From Cenococcum geophilum (Eukaryota), in the NCBI GenBank assembly GCA_050273025.1, contig CP158635.1, positions 7,564,001 through 7,628,000 on the forward strand: DNA of 64,000 nucleotides, read 5' to 3'. Of the stretch, positions 13,311 to 27,432 are shown piece after piece. The translations under genes were made by a program, and so were the position numbers. Below the pieces are notes generated by a model. It did not search any database. It was not told where the DNA came from and saw only the letters and a list, made by a program, of their open reading frames with translations. Position 1 is the stretch's first letter, and each line of letters opens with the position of its first letter.

Positions 13311-15169
13311 ACCTACTTACCTACCTGCCTACCTGCCTACCTGCCTGCCTGCTTGCCTACCTACCTACCTACCTACCTGTCTGTCTGTCTATGCCTACCT
13401 ATCTATGCCTACCTGTCTGTGCCTACCTGTCTATGTCACCTTGATTCGATCGATCGATCGAATCGTTTATCGTGTTCGCTGGCTGGTCGTTCGAACGGTT
13501 GTCGTGTGGCTCTGGCGACGGTCGTGTGGCGATGACGACGGTCGTCTAGCTCTGGCGACGGTCATCTGGCTCCGGCGACGGTCGTCTAGCTCTAACGACG
13601 GTCGTCTGGCTCTGACGGTCGTCTAGCTCTAGCGACGGTCATCTGGCTCTAACGACGGTCGTCTAGCTCTGGCGACGGTCATCTGGCTTTGGCGATGGTC
13701 GTCTAGCTCTAACGGTCGTCTAGCTCTGGCGACGGTCATCTGGCTCCGGCGACGGTCGTCCAGCTCTGGTGACGGTTATCTGGCTCTGGCGACAGTCGTC
13801 TGGCTCTGACGACGGTCATCTAGCTCTAACGGTCGTCTAGCTCTGGCGACGGTCGTCTGGCTCCGGCGACGGTCGTCTACTAGCTGTCGTTCTGGTGTCT
13901 TCCTAGGTAGGGAGGATATAAGAAAGGGTAAAAAATAAGGTAGCTACCTAGGTGTATATAGGGGGTATACTTGGCAGAGGCACGTATAGAGGCTATCGGG
14001 AATATAGCGGGGACCCAATAGTAGTGTGTCGCGCGCATACACACAAAGGCTTTGTGTAGAGCTTTGTGTAGAGCCTCCGTATGTAGAGCTTCGCGTAGAG
14101 CCTCGTGTAAAGCTTCGCGCAGAGCCTTGTGCAGAGCCTCTATATATAGAGCTTTGTGTAGAGCTTCGTAGAGCTTTATGCAGAGCTTCGTGTAGAGCTT
14201 TATATAGAGCTTTATACAGAGCTTTGTGTAGAGCTTTATACAGAGCCTCTATACGTAGAGCTTCGTATAGAGCTTCGTGTAGAGCTTTGTGTAGAGCTTC
14301 GTGTAGAGCTTTATATAGAGCTTCGTGCCGAGCTTTGTATAGAGCTTCGTGTAGAGCCTTATACAGAGCCTCTATACCTAGAGCTTTGTATAGAGCCTCG
14401 TGTAGAGCCTTATATAAAGCTTCGTGTAAAGCTTCGTGTAGAGCTTCGTGTAGAGCTTTATATAGAGCCTCTATACGCAGAGCTTCGTGTAGAGCATTGT
14501 GCAAAGCTTCGTATAGAGTATTATATAGAGCTTCGTGCAGAGCTTCGTACAGAGCTTCGTGTAGAGCCTCGTGCAGAGCCTCTATACCCAGAGCTTTGTG
14601 TAAAGCCTCGTGTAGAGCCTTATATAAAGCTTTGTGTAAAGCTTCGTGCAAAGCTTCGTGCAGAGCTTCGTGTAGAGCTTCGTGTAGAGCTTTGTGTAGA
14701 GCCTCTATACGCAGAGCTTTGTGTAAAGTATCGTGCAAAGCTTCGTGTAGAGCATCGTGTAAAGCTTCGTGTAGAGCTTCGTGTAGAGCTTTGTACAGAG
14801 CCTCGTGCAAAGCTTCGTGTAGAGCTTCGTGTAGAGCTTCGTGTAGAGCTTTATGTAGAGCTTCGTGTAAAGCTTCGTGTAGAGCTTCGTGCACGAATTC
14901 GTGCAGAACTTCGTGTAGAGCCTCGTGCAGAGCCTTTATACGCAGAGCTTTGTATAGAGCCTCGTGTAAAGCCTCGTGTAAAGCTTCGTATAGAGCTTTG
15001 TGTAGAGCTTTGTGTAGAGCTTCGTATAGAGCTTCATATAGAGCTTCGTGCAGAGCTTCGTGCAGAGCTTCGTGTAAAGCTTCGTGCAGAGCTTCGTACA
15101 GAGCTTCGTGCAGAGCTTTATGTAAAGCCTTATGCAGAGCTTCATATAGAGCCTTATGTAGAGCCTCTG
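13311..15169 (+). repeat. Composite repeat core: (CCTA/CCTG)n, (ctggcgacggtcgt)n, unique ~130-bp linker, (gagcttcgtgca)n 12-mer array
   Basis: Directly visible. The 12-mer array spans ~14050-15169. Confidence 0.95.
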
Positions 15170-15434
15170 CATTAGGAAATTTTTTTTAGGCATATTATTG
15201 CAAGCGAAAATTAGGGTCTGCAAAACCTGCGTAAGTCGCAATTTTGGTAATTTATGGCGATTTGCAGCAATTTGCTACAAACACATAGATAAGGCAGGCG
15301 CGTGCATAGGTAGCCTATGTGTTTGTAGCAAATTGCTGCAAATCGCCACAAATTGCCAAATTTGCGACTTACGCAGGTTTTGCAGACCCCGATTTTCGTT
15401 TGCAACAACGTGCCCAAAAAAAAAAATCCTAATA
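15170..15434. mobile_element. Palindromic MITE-like hairpin with CATCAGG-type ends
   Basis: ~120-bp inverted arms (tctgcaaaacctgcgtaagtcgca / tgcgacttacgcaggttttgcaga) centred near 15302. Confidence 0.85.
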
Positions 15435-16179
15435 TAATAGCTATACTGCGTTAAGTTTAGGTAAATAGGTAAAACAGAATATACACTATTCTATCTCGTA
15501 GGGCTCCCTAGTTAGACGCTATATAAACTACTAGGGCAGATAAAGCTAGTTACTTTTTACCCGTCTAAGCTATAGTAAAATCTATTACCATCTAGTCTAG
15601 CTTTAAAGCGGTAAGCGGCTCTAGCGGATATACTTTATAGCTAATCTTTCTAACTTTCTACCACTACTAGCTAATTACTAGACTTATATAAATATTACTA
15701 GGAATATATATAAAAGGCTTTAAAGCAATTAGGTAACTAGGAATAGTTTTTCTATAGAATCCCTAAGTAAATCTTTACTCTAGCCCACCCGTATCTTAAA
15801 AAGACTAAAAAGGGGCTTTTAACTCCGCCATTTCCTTAATATTGCACATAATATTCTTATCCTCTTTTTCTAAGCGTTAGGGTAATAGCCTTACTATTAT
15901 CCCTCACTAAATAGTAATATTAAACGAGGATAACCAAGTAGCTTAACGCAGACGTTATTTAGCTACTTTTACAAGCATATTAACGGAGGCGCTTACGGTA
16001 TAGAAAGCCTAGCTAATATCTTATAAAACTAACTCTAATAGACACCCTATGTGTAGCAAGAACTCTATCTAAATTATAATTAATAAAATCACCCTTTACT
16101 GATCTAAAGTGTACTTTAAAAAGATAACTATTAAGAACCTAAATAAAAGTTTAATGCCTAGATGTTTATACACCGCTTA

Positions 16180-17091
16180 AGGCTTTAGAAGGCCCGGATT
16201 AATTAATAGTATATTAACTTTGGGAATTCCTAGCTTTATGCAAGTTATAATAATATACCTCCAATAGTTTCTTCCCCTAGAGCTCTTTATACCTAAAACA
16301 GTATTAATAAACCATTTCTGAAGGCCAAAAAGCCAAATAATTAGAAAATGTAGGTAGGTAATAGTAAAGAATAAACAAAATATCGGCTTAATATTGTCGG
16401 ATAGGTCTTATACCTTAATACCTCAAAAACCTATATCCTCTAGCATTTGCGGTAGGACTCCCTCTTTAAATTTCCTATTTACTGGCATAGATGCGAAAGT
16501 ATTAATTTTATTTATAGAATCTTTAAGGTATTTAGGCGCTTTATTAAATTTAAAATCGTATTTATATAATATAACGGACCCCTCTAGTTTAAGGACTCGG
16601 TAAAACTCATATAAGACTTATCCTGGATTTGTTATATATATAAAAGTCTCTATAGTATAAATTCCGTTAATTAAATTATTCTAGAGGCCGTTTAGATAAT
16701 AGTAGTCTATCTTTTAAGTAGATACTTACTGTTTAAAATTTTCTGCCTTAATATTTCTGTTTACCTTATTAAGGTAATAGTTAACGACGTTAATTCTAAA
16801 AACACGTAACCCTTTCTTTGCTATATATATTACAACGTATCCTACTCTATATCCTGCGTTAAGTACTATAGCTTTAGCGCTAAGATTTAGGGAGTTAAAT
16901 AGATGGTCTTCTATTGCCCTAAAGGCCCTAGTAATTAAAAACGGCTATTTAGCTTCTACTAGATAATAGCTATAGTGACGTATTTCACCAAGCATAAGTT
17001 TATAGCCTATTTAAGATTCGAGAGAATTGTAATAGCTTTATAGGGAGTGGTTAGGTTTAATAAAAGGTTTGCTATTATTAATATCTGCTAT
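16180..17091 (-). pseudogene. SAM-dependent methyltransferase (sterol 24-C-methyltransferase-like fold), RIP pseudogene
   Basis: Minus frame reads VLNAGYRVGYV (reverts to motif I LDAGCGVG), GIYTIETFIYITNP (YTMETFVHATDP) and EFYRVLKLEG. In-frame TAA/TAG stops. The 3' end is approximate. Confidence 0.85.
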
Positions 17092-20000
17092 AATAGAATT
17101 GAGGTGGAAATATGGTTTTCTAATATATAATTTGGTAGTTCTATTTTTAGGTTCGCCTTATAAAATACAATTACGGAAAGCTAGGGAGGAGCTAAAGAGA
17201 ACCCTTTACTTATTTTAGAAGACTAATTTTAAAAGACTCGATTATAGGCATCTCCTAGCAAGGTGGGGGTTTTAATAGCGGCGTAATTAATAACTAGTCT
17301 TGGTAAAAGGCATCTACTAAGACACTAGTAATAACTATATCTACCTAAGCCTTATCTATAAGGCTAGTAAAAAGCATTAAAAAGAATAATAAGGAGGAAT
17401 TAAAAAAACGAAAATTTATAGAGAATGACGATAGGCTTAAAGAGCTCTTTTATATAGATATTTAAAGGCGAAGATTATGGAATTAGGAGCGGTAGGCTAA
17501 CTATCTCTCCATTAAAACACCAATACTAGATACTAGAGCTCTATATTAGGTAGCTAGTTAATTACTAAGTATAGCATGGGAAGTAAAACCTAGTGGTAGA
17601 GATTTATTACAAATTTATGGGCCATCTGTCTATATTTTTTACGCCGCTCCGTACTATTCACTACGCTATAAAAGGAGGGGTCAGCCTAGGGTATATATAA
17701 GCTTTTATAGTGTAGGTATTAAATAAGCGACTTAATTATAAATATAGCTCTAAAGTCTCTATATATATACAAGGTAGGGGGCAAGAAGATAATGATAACG
17801 ATTTATAACAGCTACTATATGCAGCGCTACTTAGTTAGTAATAGGTAATAGAAATAGGTAATAGAAATAAGTAGTAAGATATATAATAGTAAGAAATAGG
17901 TAGTAAGTTATAAGGTAATATAAGCCTTAGTAGTTGGTTATAGTATATATAGAAAGCGTAGGCCTGGCGGAATTTATAACCTATACCCTTATTTATACTT
18001 GGTTTAGCAATTTTATTTAGTCTTTATATTAATAAATAAGAACTAGACGCTTTTACTTCGCCCTAATAATAAGTACTACCAACTATAAATAATGCAGCTA
18101 TTATACTGTTACGGCACTGGCAGAACTTAGCAGAACTTCGCGGTTATGTAACTAGAGGACCGTATAAAAGAACCCTACTTCGACCGGCGCTGCTTTTCTT
18201 CCCCTTTCCTTTCTCTAGCTTTAGACTCTTGTTTATAGATAATCTAATTATATAGGCTTGCGCGTCCCTTATACCGTGCTCGTGCCTTAATTAACTAAGT
18301 TATTAACATTATCTAAAGCTTATCCACCCTTTCTTTCTAAGAAGGAACTTAAATATATCTAAAGACTAGAATAAGAATAAGAACTAGAACTAGAATAAAA
18401 ACCGGAACTAAAGAATATAAAAAGAACACGAACCCTAAGAATAGGACAAGCACGGACTAGAACCCCTAAAGAATTTACTCAAAATTATCTAACACCCTTA
18501 CAACTATGCTAAGAAATATAGCAGCTAGCAAAGCAGCTGCAGAACCTTTAAATACCTTAGATAGTAAAATAGTTAATATCTTAAACCCCTAGGCAGAGCT
18601 AGTAGTAGCTAATACTAAGATTAAACAACTGCGAGAGCTGCTTAAAGCTAGAGATACCCCTACCTCCGTATCTAGTAACAAATTATTAAATACCTAGAGA
18701 CTTACTACGGTCCTTAAAGCCCTGTCTTAGCGCCTTAGCGGACCTACTAAGCCATATATAGCATCATCGCGGTCCATAAAGGTTATGGATTCCCTATTGC
18801 TTATAGACGGAACAAACCCTATATTTAATAACTAGAAGCTCTAACTACAAAATAAGCTCGAAGTTAATACCGACTATTTTCCTAACCCTTAGGCCTAAAT
18901 GGCCTATATCTTCAGCCGTACTAGCGGGGACACCTAGACGCACCTACGCCTATAATACGCTAAGGACTTAATAGACCCTTTTACCTTTAAAAAAGAAATA
19001 ATTAACTACTTGTCTTCTATTTATAAGAACCCCTTTAAGGTATAAAACGCCCGCTTTAATTATAAAGGCCTAAATATAAAAACAATGGAGACCTTTTTAG
19101 CCTTCTAGACCCGCTTTCTATACTTAGCCAGCTAAGCCTAAATTCCCTAGAAAGATTTAATGCTAAACCTATTTAATAAGCTTACCCTAGACCTACAGCG
19201 GGCCGTATTACTAGTTTTTACTATTATATAGACGCTAAAGAACTTACGGATTAGTGCTTGGCTATTAACTAAGGCCTTTATTAAATTAAGGCACGCGCTA
19301 AACGATATAAAGCCAGAAACCTTCTAAATTAGATTATAAATAACGCAAGAACGGCCCGTACTACCCTAGTACGATTAATAACTCCTATAGTACTAGCTAT
19401 ATAGCCTATCGCTAATATATTAGCTGGCCGTGCAGCTAGTCCTACTATAGGTCTGGTAAATACTCGGCCTATATTTAGCAGCCCCTATATATAGGCCTTT
19501 AGTAATAAAGGCACCTACTTCTCTTACGGCTAGAAGGGCTATATTATAAAAAACTGCTTAATAAACGCAAAAAGGGACAAAGTTTTATTAATCTAGAAGG
19601 ATAGTATAGAGTTAGAAAAAGAGGAACCCTAGAGAAAGACTCCTCTCTGGGGTTAAAAGGGATTAATATATTATATATTAATTTAGGTCCGCTAGTTAGC
19701 AGAAGAAGTTATACCTTCCCTTATACTTTATTCCGTAATAAATATTAAGTTTTAACCTCTACTTTAGCTAACTCTAGAGTAAATACCTTTACCTTAATAA
19801 ACACCTAGTGCGTTATAAAGCTAGCTAACTTTTTAAATATACCCCTTAAAGAACTGCCTAAACTAATTTCTATTTACGGGTATAACGGATAGATAGGGCC
19901 ACCTATTATAACTATATTGCGGATTTACCTTTATATTAACGGACGAAGGTAGTATAATATCCCCTTCCTTATTACGGACCTAGAAAGCTATAATATAATC

Positions 20001-21592
20001 TTAAGGAAAAAATAGCTAGCCTATTTAGGCTTATGGCTTAATATATAAAGTAGACGGCTTATCTAGCCTAAAACCTTACCCCCAACTCCTTCCTTTATAA
20101 AAGAAATTAGCATTATAATAGAAAACCTTATATAGCCCTAGATTAACACTATTTACTAGGCCGATGCTATGCGTAGGGACTAGGCCTTTAAGAAAGATAT
20201 ATAGCTTAATCCGCAATAGATCTGTATACTACGCCACCCCTAGACTACCTATATTACGCTACCCGCATTAAAGACCTAGGAAGTTAATAGTGACCTAAAA
20301 AAGCCCCCTATAGAGAGCTTAGGCCCTATATAGCTATAAAAAATAGTAAGGAACGTCGGACGCTATACTAAATTAATAAATTAGAGGGATAAGTTGCAAA
20401 AGATAGAATAGGAGCTAAGAAAGATTATAAACCCTAAACTGCAAAATACGGTCTAGTAAATAGCTGTAAAAAAAATCTACGGACCTCCCACTAGTTAATA
20501 TCTACTATATTAGCGCTGTAGGATTCTACCGGAACTTAGTCTAGCCTAATACTATTACTTTTACAACTAGCTTATATAAAATTAATTAAATACTTAAGGA
20601 AAAGGAAAGTAAGCTTAGTAGATAGAAAAGTAAGCTTATAAATAAGGAGCTAGCAGAACAGAAACTACCCTATTAATACTAAAAGTTTAAGGATATATTC
20701 TCTAAGGCAGTATCTAATATACTTCTACTATATTAACTATACAACTATAAGATCGAGATTAAGTTAGATAAGGAAAACGCCCTTAGCTATACCCCCCTCT
20801 ATAAATAATCCATTGCTAAGTTATAGGCTACTAAGTAGTACCATGTTAATAACCTAGTAAAGGGGTTTATTAAGCCTAGCTAGGCCCCTTTTAACTCCCC
20901 TATTTTCTTTATAAAAAAGCTAAATAGAGGACTTTGTTTCTATATTAACTACTATAAGCTTAATTATATAACCCGTAAAGACCGTTATCCGCTGCCCCTA
21001 CTTAATTAAACACTAGCCTAAATAAATAGAGCTAAGGTATTTATAAAGCTTAATATCCGTTAGGCTTTCTACTAAATTAGAATAAACCTTAGATCTATAG
21101 ATCTTACTATATTTTAGACTTAATATAAATTATATAAGTATAAAGTACTTCCTTTTAGACTGACTAACGGACTGGCTACATACTAACGATATATAAATAA
21201 TATACTCTTTAACTACCTTAACAACTTCTGCACGGCCTACCAAGATAATATTATAATTTACTCTAAGAATAAGTTAGAATATAACGAAAACGTCTGTAAG
21301 GTTCTATAACGGCTTTATAAGGCTAGCCTTTAGGCTAACATTAAGAAGTTAGAATTTAGTGTAAAGTGTATAAAGTATCTAGGGTTTATTATTAGTATAA
21401 ATGGAATTAAGGCTAACTTAAAAAAAAGGCCGTAATTAATTAGTGGGAACTACTACGGACCGTAAAAGGGATATAGTTATTCTTAAGCTTCTGTAACTTC
21501 TACTAACGCTTTATTAAGAACTATAGTAGGATTACTTAGCCCCTTAGCCGCCTTACTATAAAGGACCAGCCCTTTTACTTTAACACTATATA

Positions 21593-24500
21593 ATAATAAT
21601 TCATTGCTTAACGTCCGATTTGGATCCCTATTGGGCCTACGCGGACTACCCCTTATATACATATGGGGAGAAAACTCTATTTAAGAAAACCTCGTAATCT
21701 ATCTCCCCGCCTTTTAGGACTCGCCTATAAGGCGCCTGCGAGGCGCCTATAAGTCACCTATGGTGCTCCTACTACCTTACTTTTTAACCTCCTTAGGAAC
21801 TACTGCTGCCGTAATAAGCCTACGGACGCGCTAGTATTGTAAACTTTACTCTACTACTATAGAGTCATTAGGGGGCGCCCGTTGCTCACCTCACCCTCTA
21901 TTACTATTTCCCTTACAACCCAGAACTAGTTTAGTACATTTTAGCTAATAAGCCACTAGGTAACCGCCTTAAGGCCTTTTTATATTAAGAGCAGTGTATT
22001 ATAGTTCTCTATACCAGCTACTAAAAGCATTACTTTTTAGTTAGTGCGTAAGGGGCATAACAGTATTACGTGTTTTAGTGTCTATCTTAGCCAGCTATAT
22101 TTACATCTTAGGCTACCTACTAGGATACCCACCCGGTAGAGCTAGTCTTTTAGTCCTATTATTCCTATTCTTAAGAGTATCGCTATTATATTTTCTACCT
22201 TCATTAGGCCTTCTTAGAGCCCTAGAGTGTTTACTCCCTATAGCGTTAACTATGCTACGGCTTAGGTTCCTCTTGCCTTAGTCAGCCTCTATACCTTTAA
22301 CTCCTATACGCCTCTTTAGCATTAATCTAACCAGTGTTGTATTACGGTAGATAGTTTCTTAGCGTTCTTTTATACTCTACTTTAGCTCCTTTCTCTCTCT
22401 TACTATTGTCCTTACTAGCCTCTTACGCGTCTGCCTTCCTTCTCTATATAGGCCTAGGCCCTAAAGCAGCACTATTCTTCTTCTACTTTTTTTTACCTAT
22501 TTCTCCAATATATCTTCCCTACTTTAGGGTTATTAGTTTATTCTCCTATAGGGCGCCCTAAGGTCCCTCTATAGTTTATTTAGGCGTGTCTTAATATACT
22601 TTATAATATTAGAGTTACGTTTATTTTAGGCCCTTTATATTACAGTAGCTTTAATATATAGTTATAGGGGGGGAATATTGGCTTCCTTCTTAAGCAGTGC
22701 TATGGCCGTTTGCTTATATCCGCCTGTTATACTTTAAAGGTAGGCTATTTAGACCTTTTAGAGTGGTTTAAGGAGCGACTTAGGGGGGCCTTTTTTAGAT
22801 TCTCTAATGGCCTAAATACTAGACCTATAAGTTATGGTTAGCCAGACAACTGCTATATATAATAGGCGTAACCTCTAGAAGCATAGGCCCTATATAGAAT
22901 TGACGATCCTAAATAATGTAATATACTGTGCTTAGCCTTTGCGGGCCGCTTACGCCGTATATACGCTCCACCGGAGCTTGCTGTTTACCTATACTTCTAA
23001 TACCCTTAGGCCCTAAACTGGTTAACCCCTAAAGCCTTAAATGCGGATTATATACTAAAGATCTGCAGATTAGTTGCGTTTTCTTATAAAATAGATTAGC
23101 TGGTATTTCTCTAGTAAGAATTAGACTCTATATTATCTTACCTATTCTATATAGGTGTTATAAGCTTTCTTTAGCATTCTGCAATTCTCTGCGGCTAATA
23201 GCCCGTATATAATTAGGTTTGTGTCATTAACAAAGCCTATCCCCTAGGTCGCCCCTTCCTTAAAGGAGTTAAACAGGTTGCTTATAAAGAAAAGGAAGAA
23301 TATAGGCGAGAGGGGTAATCCTTATAGTATTCCTGTTGCAACTATAATAGGGGGGCTCTAGTATCCGCTAAAGACTAGTAATATTTCTTTCTAACCTATA
23401 AACCCTTAGATAAATTGTATAATCTATTCTAAGAAGCCTTTTGCCCTAAGGATATATAAGAGACGCTCGTGGGGTATATTATTATAGGCGCCACTAATAT
23501 CTAGGCTAAGTATTAATACTATAAAGTCCCTTCGCATCGCCCATGCGGATTTAATGGTGGCAGCGAGTAGCGTAAGTGCTAATAGTGTTAAGCGGTTCTT
23601 TCTTGCCCCCATTTAGCTCTATAGTAGTAAGGTGTATTCCTTAGCTATGTCTGCTATGCGGTCCGCTATTACCTTTTCTAAGATCTTACTAAGGGTGTTT
23701 TCTAAGGCAATAGGGCGGTAGCTTCCTAGGATTAAGTAATCTGCTTTACTTTCTTTTTATAGGATAACTGTTATTATAGATCTTCTAAGTTGTAGGTAGT
23801 AGCCTATAGCAAAGTATGCTCTGGCTATATCTGTAAGCTAGGGTACTATAAGTAGTCCATAGGTCTTTAAGGCCTTATTTAGAATCCTATCTAGACCTAG
23901 TGCTATATTATTTAAAAGGCGGCTAATAGTTCTAGCCATTTCCTTTATTGTTATATCGCTGTTAACCTATAGGCGAGTCACTAGTGCTTTACCTGTAATA
24001 TTACTAAGGTCTACTAAAGCCAGTTAGGGGGAGAACCTTTCTATAAGGATCTTTACCTTCTTATCGTTATTATTAGTGGCCTATAATTCCCCTACTCTTC
24101 GTAGGGGTAGTAAGTATAGGTCTTTTACTAGTCGCCCTGCCTTTTTCTTTACTTATTTTACTATAGCCTACAGGCCCTTATTATAGGGGAGGCTTAGGTT
24201 AAAAGTATGCTCGTTTATAAATCGTCTCTAATTATTTCTTACTTCTTTTTTTAGGGTGTTCTTTAACTAGTTTCTTATATCTTTATATCGTCTCTTATCT
24301 TTAGGGTTATAGCTACTTAAGTATTTCCTTTTTACTTATCGTTAGCTAGCTATAAGAACTACGCATTATACGGACCATGCGTGTCGCGTATAGGGGCCCG
24401 GTCTTAAGACCGGGCAGTACTCTTCTAGCCTATTTTTAATCGCTGCCTAAATCCTTTCTAGTCTTTAGTTAATTTTCTTAGGGGTAGCTAATAAGCCTTG

Positions 24501-24800
24501 CTCATTTAGTATTAGATGGATTTCTTCTAGGTCTTAGAGTTGTTATTTAACTGTATTAAGGAAACTGTCTGCCTTAAGCATCCTTATTACGTATCTTTTG
24601 CTATTTAGTTGCGCCTTAATGTCTAAATCTAGCTGTATTTAGATGGGGATATAGTTTAAGGTAAGTACTTATTCTTCTTTAGGGTTGCACCTTTTAAGTC
24701 TCTAGTATAGGCCTTCGTCTATAAATATAAGGTTAATTATACTTCTAGCGGGTCCTCGTTGCCATATAATTGCTCTAGGGGGGGTGGCCTGCTTAAGGCC
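21593..24800 (-). mobile_element. 5'-truncated Tad1-like LINE
   Basis: 13-bp TSD ttaacactatata (21580-21592, 24801-24813). Short (TTA)n tail. RT motifs LSLDISGAYNNIPHERL (ORF 23424-23612), GIL*GLPLSPIFF and GFVNDT. Confidence 0.92.
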
Positions 24801-26562
24801 TTAACACTATATATAAGTAGGCTTTTAATAAGCTTAAGAAACAACTAATCTCCGCTCCCTTACTCGCCTACTTTAACCTAAAATAGCCCTTAATACTAGA
24901 AACGGATGCCTTAGATAGTATTATTACTAGTATTTATTCCCAAAAGTAGATAGACAGAGAATGGTACCCTATTGCTTACTACTTAAAGACTATAATAGAT
25001 ACTAAGCTAAACTACCCAATCTATAATAAAGAAATGTTGGCTATTATCTCTAGCTTTTAGCATTAGCGAGTATAGCTAAAAGGGACTCCTAAGCTTATCT
25101 AGGTAGTTTCGGATTATAAGGCCCTAGAATACTTTATAATAACTAAGGCCCTTATAGCTTAGTAAGCGCGCTAGGTAGACGTTCTATCCTAGTTTAACTT
25201 CCTAATTATATATAGGCTAGGCGCTACTAACCATATAAATGCTTTTATAAGACGTAAATAGGACCTAAATAACTAGATAGCTATAAAGATCTTATTATGG
25301 ACCTAGACGCTACTATAACCAGAGTACCTTAACCCTTAGATATAGAAAGAACTAAGTACTAAATCTATAAGCGCTAAGATATATCCTATTAACCCTATAG
25401 AATTCGACTTTATTAATAAACTATTGCAAGTAAACTGTATGGACCCTCCTTTATAGGTATACCGTAAAAAGGCAAAGGATATTACTAGCTTATGGTCCCT
25501 TAAAAATAGACTACTTAAGTACTAGAAACGGTTAGTAGTAGTAAAGGAACGGAATTTATAAACCTGGCTTATTACTAAAGTATATACCTAGGTCTCTACG
25601 GCCTACCCTAGAAAAAATAAGACCCGTAAGATTATTAGTAACCGTTACTACTGGCCCAGAATAGTTATAGATATTAACCGTTATATACAGAACTGTAATG
25701 ACTGCTATAGGTCTATAATTCTATAAGATAAAACCCTAGGACTATTAAACCCCCTCCTAATACCTAACTGCCCCTAGTAGTATATCTTTATAGACTTTTA
25801 TAAGCTACCTACAGACCGCGACGGATATGATATAGTTATAATTCTAGTTAACTGCTTTAGCAAGCGCCCGTTTTTAATTCCCTATTATAAGAATATTAAT
25901 GCTAAGAAGGCGGCTTAACTATATATTTATTATATCTACCGTATTTACGGATCACTAGATACTATTATATCCGATTATAGCCTATAATTTATATTGGCCT
26001 TTTAGAACGAGTTTACCTAGATCCTAGGTATTAGGCTAAAGCTCTCTATAGTATACTACCCCTAGATAGACGGCCAGACGGAGATTATAAATTAATATTT
26101 GGATTAAAGACTCCGGCCTTTTATTAACTACTTTTAAAACAACTAGGGCAAACTGCTACCCCTAATAGACTACGCCTAGGCGACCCTACTCTATAACTCT
26201 ATGGGATTTGCACCTATCTAACTAGAAATAGGGTATTTACCATAAATAAGCTTTAACTGGGATAGACTAGAAGGACCATAGACTATACGCGAAAAACTGT
26301 CTTATAAGGAAGCCTAGCAGTACATTAAGCGCTTAAAGGAAGTCTAGACAGTAGCTCGTATAAATCTAAAAAAGGCCTAAAAATTAATGGAATATTAGGC
26401 AAATAAGTATAGGCGTAAACCCGACTTTACCATAGGCGATATAGTTTAGGTTATAATAAAAAACTAGAAGACGGAACGGCCTAGCTATAAGCTAAACTAT
26501 TAAATAGCGGGACCATATAAGGTCCTTAAGAAGATAGGTAACTCGTATAAAGTAAAGCTCCC

Positions 26563-27432
26563 TGTTACGGATTCCGACCGTAGCACCGCCAAGGGCTCGC
26601 CTAGCGAGCCTTGGCACCCACAGTATATAGAGCCACGGTGCCTTCGTACCTCTTTGCACCTTCGTGCAATATCCTGTTGTGTATATAGCCAATGCTATGA
26701 CGTTCCCAGAGCCTCCTAACCGCGCTCCGTGACATTATATTGCACCCAACGACTCGCATAGGCCTGCCTACCGCCTATGGAGCCGGTACGACGACTTTAA
26801 CCCATGCCGACCGTTGGACGACGATTTGATACCCTTAATTCTACCTCTTAATTTCTACCGCATTAACGTCTCTGCCTACTACTGCCTCTACGATTCTACC
26901 TGCCTGCGCACACGACTATAACAATGCCTATCCAATAGCAGCATCTCCGCTTTCCCGCTGTGCGCTTACAACCGAGCAAGACCAGCACCTCTGCTGTCCC
27001 GCTGTAAGGATACTACTTCGACCTAGGACTGCAAACAGTTATCTACGACTTAACGAGCTTGGAAGAACAGTTATAAGATACCTCAGACATCGAGTCATTA
27101 ATCTACCTATTAAATCGTCATCACCCTCGTCAACCGTTCGAGCTACGTTCTGCCAGCGAACGCCTCTAATAAGCTCTGCCAGTCACTAGTGAGCACCACA
27201 GCACCGTACGGAGGGAGGATCTGCCTTAAGGGACTTCGGCTTTGTATAAGGGGGGGGTAGTGTCACGGATTCCGACCGTAGCACCGCCAAGGGCTCGCCT
27301 AGCGAGCCTTGGCACCCACAGTATATAGAGCCACGGTGCCTTCGCACCTCTTTGCACCTTCGTGCAATATCCTGTCGTATACATAGCCAATGCTACGACG
27401 TTCCCAGAGCCTCCTGACCGCGCTCCGTGACA
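26563..27432 (+). mobile_element. TRIM (terminal-repeat retrotransposon in miniature), 870 bp
   Basis: 172-bp LTRs 26563-26734 and 27261-27432 (TG...CA). TSD ctccc. PPT aagggggggg. 526-bp interior with no pol. Confidence 0.93.

Larger units (their letters stand above)
12845..15434 (+). mobile_element. CATCAGG-terminated non-autonomous TIR element, copy 1 (partly RIPed)
   Basis: Left end cattaggaaattttttttggggctcgttgttgc is an inverted repeat of right end gcaacaacgtgcccaaaaaaaaaaatcctaata. TA on both flanks. Core shared with 38389-40749 and 51590-52742. Confidence 0.75.

Noticed and set aside
13944..15241. Long ORFs (HEAL)n, (RASC)n, (TKLY)n, also at 39905-40639 and 51578-51871
   Set aside because: They are open in several frames on both strands because the 12-bp unit lacks stops. 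No conserved start or domain.
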